A DNA stretch of 64,000 bases from a virus. Below, piece after piece: positions 59,040-64,000 of this stretch; position 1 is the stretch's first letter; each line of letters begins with the position of its first letter. The stretch spans positions 4,169 through 68,168 of IMG/VR virus record IMGVR_UViG_3300022074_000029, one strand, 5' to 3'. The translations under genes and the position numbers were made by a program. The notes beneath the pieces are model-generated. The model worked only from the letters and a program-made list of their open reading frames with translations. It searched no databases and was not told where the DNA came from.

Positions 59040-59770
59040 TGCAAGAGGCAAAGAAATACTACGGAGGTAAAAATACTAAACCTAAAGGGTTTGGTGCTCC
59101 CGAACTTGGTCCTGTTAACCAAGAAGCGGAGAGAATTATCCGTGGTATGAAATCCAAAAGTGCCAATAGATTTAAAAGTCTATATGGCAAACGTGACAAG
59201 GATGTCATGACACTTACTGCTAATAAGTTGGCATTAAAAGACAATTTAAAAGTTATGTACTACAAAGATTTCATTGATTTAGTTGAAGGTAATCCTACTA
59301 CTAGGATGCTTTCTAAATCGAAGTCGAAAACGACTGGAAACATTTCTGCTGATCGAGGAACAGATGAAAAGAAAAATCGAGAAAGTAGAAAATCACTTGA
59401 AAAAGACCTCAAGAAAAAAGGCATCGGTTACAAAAAAGGGGTTGGAGAATATAAGTATTCATCAGGTGAAGGCACAGGTCGTGAGGTATCATACCAAACA
59501 AGTCCTAAAAAAGGAATGTCTAAACGTCGTTTCGGTAAGGTCATGCGTCGCCTCGGTAGAAAGCATGGTCAAGAATCAGTAATCACTAAGAAAGCAGGTA
59601 AACCTGCTAGACTACATGATACTGAGTCTAAGAAACCATCTAAATCCTTTACTCTAGGTAAAGCAAAACCAGGTAAGAACCCATCTGGTCAAGGAGAAAC
59701 TTCTGGCACAAAAGTCAGAAAAGGTAAACTAGGTAAAACTAACAAACCTGCAATGCATTATGGGAACTAA
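59039..59770 (+). CDS. Lys-rich putative internal head protein
   Basis: Start at the TAATG overlap (MQEAKKYY...). Very basic, with internal MYYKDFIDLVE. Confidence 0.6.
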   Translation: MQEAKKYYGGKNTKPKGFGAPELGPVNQEAERIIRGMKSKSANRFKSLYGKRDKDVMTLTANKLALKDNLKVMYYKDFIDLVEGNPTTRMLSKSKSKTTGNISADRGTDEKKNRESRKSLEKDLKKKGIGYKKGVGEYKYSSGEGTGREVSYQTSPKKGMSKRRFGKVMRRLGRKHGQESVITKKAGKPARLHDTESKKPSKSFTLGKAKPGKNPSGQGETSGTKVRKGKLGKTNKPAMHYGN

Positions 59771-60785
59771 AAAACCAAATCCATTCGGTAAGCGTGCTGT
59801 ATTAAAGATGCTTATCAAGTCAGTTGCTGAAAAACAACGAGCGAAAGCTGGTGTTACAAGAGAATCAGTGACTACTATTGAAAAACCTCATAAGGCAAAT
59901 GTTGAAACTGTAATGAGACACAATGGAATTCAAAAAGTTATGGGAAAAACTAAAGCCAAATCAAATGGCACCCCAATTAATGAGAAGTCGAAGAGTGGTG
60001 ATAGTTCTTTGCGTGACTGGTTTGGCAAGAGTAAGTCTTCTGATGGTACCCCTGGTTGGGTTCAATTGGGTGGGAAATATGCAGGAAAACCTTGTGCCAA
60101 ACAACCAGGTCAAACAACAAAACCAAAATGCGGTTCCTCTAAAATGAAGAGAAACCTAAATAAAGATGAGGAAGATGCAGCCTTTCGTCGCAAAAACACA
60201 AAAGATCCTAATCCAAATAGAAAAGGAAAAGCAATCAACGTGAAAACAGAATCTACACAAATACAAGAAGGCGAAAAAGATGCATGTTACCATAAGGTAA
60301 AATCACGTTATTCAGTTTGGCCAAGTGCTTATGCAAGCGGTGCACTTGTCAAATGCCGAAAAGTTGGTGCAAAGAATTGGGGAAATAAAAGTAAGAAAGA
60401 AGAATTTGAAGGCAACCTCTCATTCCAAGAGTTTCAAGAGAAGAGTATGAAATGTTGGAAAGGTTATGAAAAGAAAGGATCCCAAACCTTATTCGGAAAA
60501 ACGTACAATCGCTGCGTAAAGAAAGAAGAAAATGAAATCGAAGAAGGAGCAGCCTGGACAAAAAAATCAGGAAAAGCAAAGTCAGGAGGACTTAACGAAA
60601 AAGGAAGAAAAAGTTACGAACGCGAAAATCCTGGATCTGACCTTAAAGCACCTAGCAAGAAAGTTGGAAACCCCCGCAGGGCATCGTTCTGTGCTCGAAT
60701 GAAAGGTATGAGAAAGAGACAAAAACCCTCTAATAATACAGGAGATGATAGACTATCTAAGTCACTACGAGCATGGAATTGCTAA
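59760..60785 (+). CDS. Lys-rich modular putative internal head (poly)protein
   Basis: Basic modules separated by INE, IQE, FQEFQE and IEE linkers. Confidence 0.65.
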   Translation: MGTKKPNPFGKRAVLKMLIKSVAEKQRAKAGVTRESVTTIEKPHKANVETVMRHNGIQKVMGKTKAKSNGTPINEKSKSGDSSLRDWFGKSKSSDGTPGWVQLGGKYAGKPCAKQPGQTTKPKCGSSKMKRNLNKDEEDAAFRRKNTKDPNPNRKGKAINVKTESTQIQEGEKDACYHKVKSRYSVWPSAYASGALVKCRKVGAKNWGNKSKKEEFEGNLSFQEFQEKSMKCWKGYEKKGSQTLFGKTYNRCVKKEENEIEEGAAWTKKSGKAKSGGLNEKGRKSYERENPGSDLKAPSKKVGNPRRASFCARMKGMRKRQKPSNNTGDDRLSKSLRAWNC

Positions 60786-60986
60786 ATGAAAATTTGTCCT
60801 AGGTGTAATGCTACATGGATGGAAGAACAGTTATATTGGTCAACAGGTAAAGAAGGATGTCCTCATGATCTTGCAGGATTAGTCTGTAATGTTGTTGATG
60901 ATGACAATTGTATCAACCCATGTAAAGGATCTACCAGTGGTCAGACATGGGAACATCGTCGTGCTATGCTAGATAGTATAGAGTAA
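60786..60986 (+). CDS. Small Cys-rich protein
   Basis: CPRC...C..DLAGLVCN....CINPC. Confidence 0.7.
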   Translation: MKICPRCNATWMEEQLYWSTGKEGCPHDLAGLVCNVVDDDNCINPCKGSTSGQTWEHRRAMLDSIE

Positions 60987-60995
60987 TAATTACAA

Positions 60996-61259
60996 ATGCC
61001 AGTCTATCGTGATTATGAGATTAGACTTAATCTCAATGAACTTATAGAACAAAGAATTCCAACTTGCGATTTGTTACATCCAGATCACTGTTTATCAGAA
61101 TCTCAAGTAGCAGATATTGCACATGACATTAATATGGATTTGGATTTACATCCTATCTTTCATCAAATAGATGATCATATTATGAGATATGTAAAAGCAG
61201 CTGGAATTAAAAATGACGACCATTGGGTCGAAGAAAAATTGAAGGATCTTAAAGAATGA
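60996..61259 (+). CDS. Hypothetical protein
   Basis: 87-aa ORF, His/Asp-rich. Confidence 0.7.
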   Translation: MPVYRDYEIRLNLNELIEQRIPTCDLLHPDHCLSESQVADIAHDINMDLDLHPIFHQIDDHIMRYVKAAGIKNDDHWVEEKLKDLKE

Positions 61260-61486
61260 AACCTACTGAATCTTCTGAACAACTTATTCAACGTTTTACT
61301 AAACGTACTATGCAGTTGTCTCAGAGAAAACAAGAATTACAAGAAGCATATGATGAGTATGTAAAGTTAGAAAGAGATCTAACTAGACTTGAAGGTTCTA
61401 TGCAAGCAATCGAATATGTTGCTTTCGGCAAAATGCCAGGAGATGGTAACCATGGGGGTATGAAAGACCATAACCCACATAAATAA
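61256..61486 (+). CDS. Small coiled-coil protein
   Basis: 76 aa; LTRLEGSMQAIEY resembles LKLQGAIETLEY in 48346..48564. Confidence 0.7.
   Translation: MKPTESSEQLIQRFTKRTMQLSQRKQELQEAYDEYVKLERDLTRLEGSMQAIEYVAFGKMPGDGNHGGMKDHNPHK
61478..61485 (+). promoter_or_regulatory. T4-type late promoter
   Basis: CATAAATA upstream of the small-ORF/nuclease/pcyA/gp17 run. Confidence 0.6.
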
Positions 61487-61511
61487 TAGACGAAATGGAG
61501 TTGAAACTATC

Positions 61512-61670
61512 ATGTCCCATTACACTGTTGGTTATCACGATAACCTAAACCATCATTATGAAATTTGTGAATATGCAAACGATGCATACAATGCGATAAA
61601 GCAAGCAAGAGAAGACCTAGAAGGTTTTAGTAATCCACACGCTGCTGAGTATTGTCTCAAGGAGGATTAA
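61512..61670 (+). CDS. Small hypothetical protein (52 aa, not in ORF track)
   Basis: MSHYTVGYHDNLNHHYEICEYANDAYNAIKQAREDL..., with GGAG upstream. Confidence 0.65.
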   Translation: MSHYTVGYHDNLNHHYEICEYANDAYNAIKQAREDLEGFSNPHAAEYCLKED

Positions 61671-61671
61671 G

Positions 61672-61836
61672 ATGAACGGAAGATTAGATAAGGTTGCGAT
61701 GACAGACAGACTTATGAAGCTCAAAAGAGAACTACACTATAAGTGTGAGATCGGAGAGAAAGGTAAATGGGAATGTATCGGAGCAAACGAATACTTAAAT
61801 AAAACACTTGATGTTTTGAATGAGTATTACCAGTAA
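61672..61836 (+). CDS. Small hypothetical protein (54 aa, not in ORF track)
   Basis: AGGAGG RBS; MNGRLDKVAMTDRLMKLKRELHYKC... Confidence 0.65.
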   Translation: MNGRLDKVAMTDRLMKLKRELHYKCEIGEKGKWECIGANEYLNKTLDVLNEYYQ

Positions 61837-61976
61837 TGGTTGTCTGGGGTGTCATCTGGATGGTAGGAATACTTGTAATAATGGTCACTTGGTATATCGT
61901 CTATATACTAAGGATGGCATTTATGGAGATGAACGATGGGAGCAATGGTTCCACCAAGTCGGAAAAGTTGTTATAA
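61836..61976 (+). CDS. Small membrane protein (46 aa, not in ORF track)
   Basis: TAATG coupling; hydrophobic helix MVVWGVIWMVGILVIMVTWYIVYIL. Confidence 0.55.
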   Translation: MVVWGVIWMVGILVIMVTWYIVYILRMAFMEMNDGSNGSTKSEKLL

Positions 61977-62400
61977 CTTCCGAGTTGTATCGATCGATAG
62001 AGTTGTTGATGGTGATACCATTGATGTTTCAATAGACTTAGGATTCGATCTTATAAAAAAAGAAAGGGTTCGTATAGCTGGTATTGATACTCCTGAGAAG
62101 AGAACTAGAGACTTGGAAGAGAAGGCATTAGGTATTGATGCTACAAACTGGATGAAAAAGAATTTGGAGGACACCATTGCTGGAGATGACGAACTCACTA
62201 TCAGAACAGAACTTGTTGGTGGTATGGGTAAGTACGGCAGGCTTCTTGGTTGGTTATACGTTGGCGAAAGCGATGTCTCGTTAAACGAAATTATGATTCA
62301 AGAAGGGTATGCATGGGCATACGATGGAGGAACGAAGCAAAAGAACTTCGAGGAACTACGAGAAATTCGTAGAGCAAAAGGAACACTAATGGAGGGTTAA
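61936..62400 (+). CDS. Thermonuclease (SNase-like) family nuclease
   Basis: RVVDGDTID, RVRIAGIDTPE, GKYGRLLG, LNEIMIQEGYA. Confidence 0.9.
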   Translation: MGAMVPPSRKSCYNFRVVSIDRVVDGDTIDVSIDLGFDLIKKERVRIAGIDTPEKRTRDLEEKALGIDATNWMKKNLEDTIAGDDELTIRTELVGGMGKYGRLLGWLYVGESDVSLNEIMIQEGYAWAYDGGTKQKNFEELREIRRAKGTLMEG

Positions 62401-62401
62401 A

Positions 62402-62575
62402 ATGTCTTGTGAAGATCACGAAAAAATGAATCCCGTTGTACATGCTTTACATCATGTAAAAGAATGGGATAAAAAAATGGCAAAGAAACTTCAAGATAAG
62501 TTTGGTTTATCAGACTATCAAATGATGTGTCTTGCCTTTGCAAAAGGATTTATTATTGGAGCAATTTTACTGTAA
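62402..62575 (+). CDS. Small protein with a C-terminal hydrophobic helix (57 aa, not in ORF track)
   Basis: GGAGG RBS; ...KFGLSDYQMMCLAFAKGFIIGAILL. Confidence 0.65.
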   Translation: MSCEDHEKMNPVVHALHHVKEWDKKMAKKLQDKFGLSDYQMMCLAFAKGFIIGAILL

Positions 62576-62799
62576 TGAGAGAACAACTACTTAAAGCACT
62601 TCTTGCACATGCTCAAGGAGATATTCAAAAACACGTTGCAAACGTGGAAGTTTATCTTACTAACCCTGCAGGAATTGGTGAACACTCTAATATTGTTGAA
62701 GCGATCGAACAAGAACTAAATGAGATTGCTAAGTATCAAGATCAAATTGACGTGATACAAAAATACTTTATGAAAAAAAGTGACAAGTCTAACGGCTGA
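62575..62799 (+). CDS. Conserved phage hypothetical protein
   Basis: MREQLLKALLAHAQG...NPAGIGEHSNIVEAIE; start at the TAATG overlap. Confidence 0.75.
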   Translation: MREQLLKALLAHAQGDIQKHVANVEVYLTNPAGIGEHSNIVEAIEQELNEIAKYQDQIDVIQKYFMKKSDKSNG

Positions 62800-63478
62800 A
62801 GTATCTAATTATATTAGAAAAGAATTAAAAAGTTTTCCAGATGTTAGACCTCTGGAAAACAAATATCCTATTGTTGAAAACGATAAGGTATTCATTATGA
62901 ATGAAATGCATCAGAGTAAGAAACTCAGAAAAATGCATTTAGAGACTGGGTATACGGATAATATTGAAGTGATGCATTGTGTATTGTATCCTTCAGTCGA
63001 TTATCCTATACCCATTTTTGGTGCTGATATTGTAGAAACACCAAAAGTAATTACTGCTGCAATCATAGATATAACTCCTGTATGTGGCACAGAAAGATTA
63101 ATAGAATTGTATAAAGATATATCATTGAAGTATAAGTTTAAAGAGAATAGACATTTACCACAATGGGGTGAAGAGGTCTTTTCAGAGGGATGTAAGTTTG
63201 TTCGTATTAAGACTGAAGAAGAAAAATATATGTATTTGGATATGATTAAAGAATCACTTCGTTTGTATAGGGGCATAGTAGAGAATGCAGTGTTCGATAT
63301 GCAATGGATAAATACTATGAAAAGGATTGATGAACAATGCTGGTACTGCACGTCTCAAAGAAAAAATACAAAGACCAAAGCAGTTCTCAGTCAGTGGTTT
63401 GATCCTCAATGGGCAGACGATTACATCAATGACGTTTTATTTGACAAACCAAAATGGCAGCAACTGACCAATACTTAG
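62780..63478 (+). CDS. pcyA: Phycocyanobilin:ferredoxin oxidoreductase (ferredoxin-dependent bilin reductase)
   Basis: RKMHLE, MHCVLYP, FGADIV (Glu76/His88/Asp105-equivalent motifs), LPQWG..FS, Q..YC..Q.KN.KT..VL...F...WA..Y...VLFD. Confidence 0.88.
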   Translation: MTSLTAEVSNYIRKELKSFPDVRPLENKYPIVENDKVFIMNEMHQSKKLRKMHLETGYTDNIEVMHCVLYPSVDYPIPIFGADIVETPKVITAAIIDITPVCGTERLIELYKDISLKYKFKENRHLPQWGEEVFSEGCKFVRIKTEEEKYMYLDMIKESLRLYRGIVENAVFDMQWINTMKRIDEQCWYCTSQRKNTKTKAVLSQWFDPQWADDYINDVLFDKPKWQQLTNT

Positions 63479-64000
63479 GTAATCCTAATTTAAAAAAAGC
63501 AAACGTTGCACAGAGCTTCACTAAAAAAGAAGTTGCTGAGGTAATTAAATGTGCTGAAGATCCTGTATACTTTATTAAGAAGTATATTCAAATAGTATCA
63601 TTAGACAAAGGTTTAATACCTTTTGATATGTACGATTTTCAAGAGGAGATGGTTGGTAAGTTTCATAAGCATAGATTTAATATAGCAAAACTACCACGTC
63701 AGTCTGGTAAATCAACTATTGTTACCTCATACTTATTATGGTATGTGTTGTTTAACGATAGTGTTAACGTCGCAATCTTAGCAAACAAAGCAGCAACCGC
63801 AAGGGAGATGCTTCAACGATTACAATTATCATATGAAAACCTCCCAAGATACCTCCAACAAGGAATCCTCCAATGGAACAGAGGATCACTGGAATTGGAG
63901 AATGGAAGTAAGATCATGGCTGCATCTACTTCTGCTTCTGCTGTTAGGGGTATGTCGTTTAACGTTATATTTTTGGATGAATTCGCTTTCATTCCGAATC
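63454..64000 (+). CDS. gp17: Terminase large subunit gp17, N-terminal part truncated by the window
   Basis: YLGNPNLKKA, DPVYFI, Walker A LPRQSGKS, AILANKAATARE, ELENGS, Walker B IFLDEFAF. Confidence 0.95.
   Translation, partial: MAATDQYLGNPNLKKANVAQSFTKKEVAEVIKCAEDPVYFIKKYIQIVSLDKGLIPFDMYDFQEEMVGKFHKHRFNIAKLPRQSGKSTIVTSYLLWYVLFNDSVNVAILANKAATAREMLQRLQLSYENLPRYLQQGILQWNRGSLELENGSKIMAASTSASAVRGMSFNVIFLDEFAFIPN

Noticed and set aside
61820-62035. 71-aa ORF from the track
   Set aside because: It overlaps three better-supported coupled genes (61672, 61836 and 61936).

Overview
This is a 64 kb segment of a marine T4-like cyanophage (cyanomyovirus), probably infecting Prochlorococcus or Synechococcus, given the gp25-gp6-gp7-gp8...gp13-gp17 synteny and pcyA. 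Nearly all genes are on the + strand. (1) 1-1193: 3' end of an SF2 helicase and a beta-class DNA methyltransferase. (2) 1194-7620: about 25 small ORFans arranged in cassettes. Ten cassettes begin with the same 24-bp palindrome, TGTGMCAS-N8-STGKCACA, placed exactly 29-30 bp upstream of a -10 box. The first of these promoters fires into a ~230-nt non-coding, highly base-paired region, a candidate ncRNA. A small AbrB/SpoVT-like gene missed by the ORF track follows the array. (3) 8440-58496: virion morphogenesis genes, including a PAAR-like spike, gp25, gp6, a 6602-aa gp7-like protein with nested domain insertions, cupredoxin-motif and YHYH proteins, gp8, a VrlC/DUF4815 protein, a 2207-aa fibre, and gp13-gp16. 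(4) 58503-63478: a variable island between gp16 and gp17 with Lys-rich putative internal-head polyproteins, small ORFs, an SNase-like nuclease and pcyA. (5) 63454-end: the start of terminase gp17. All calls come from reading motifs by eye; no database searches were run.
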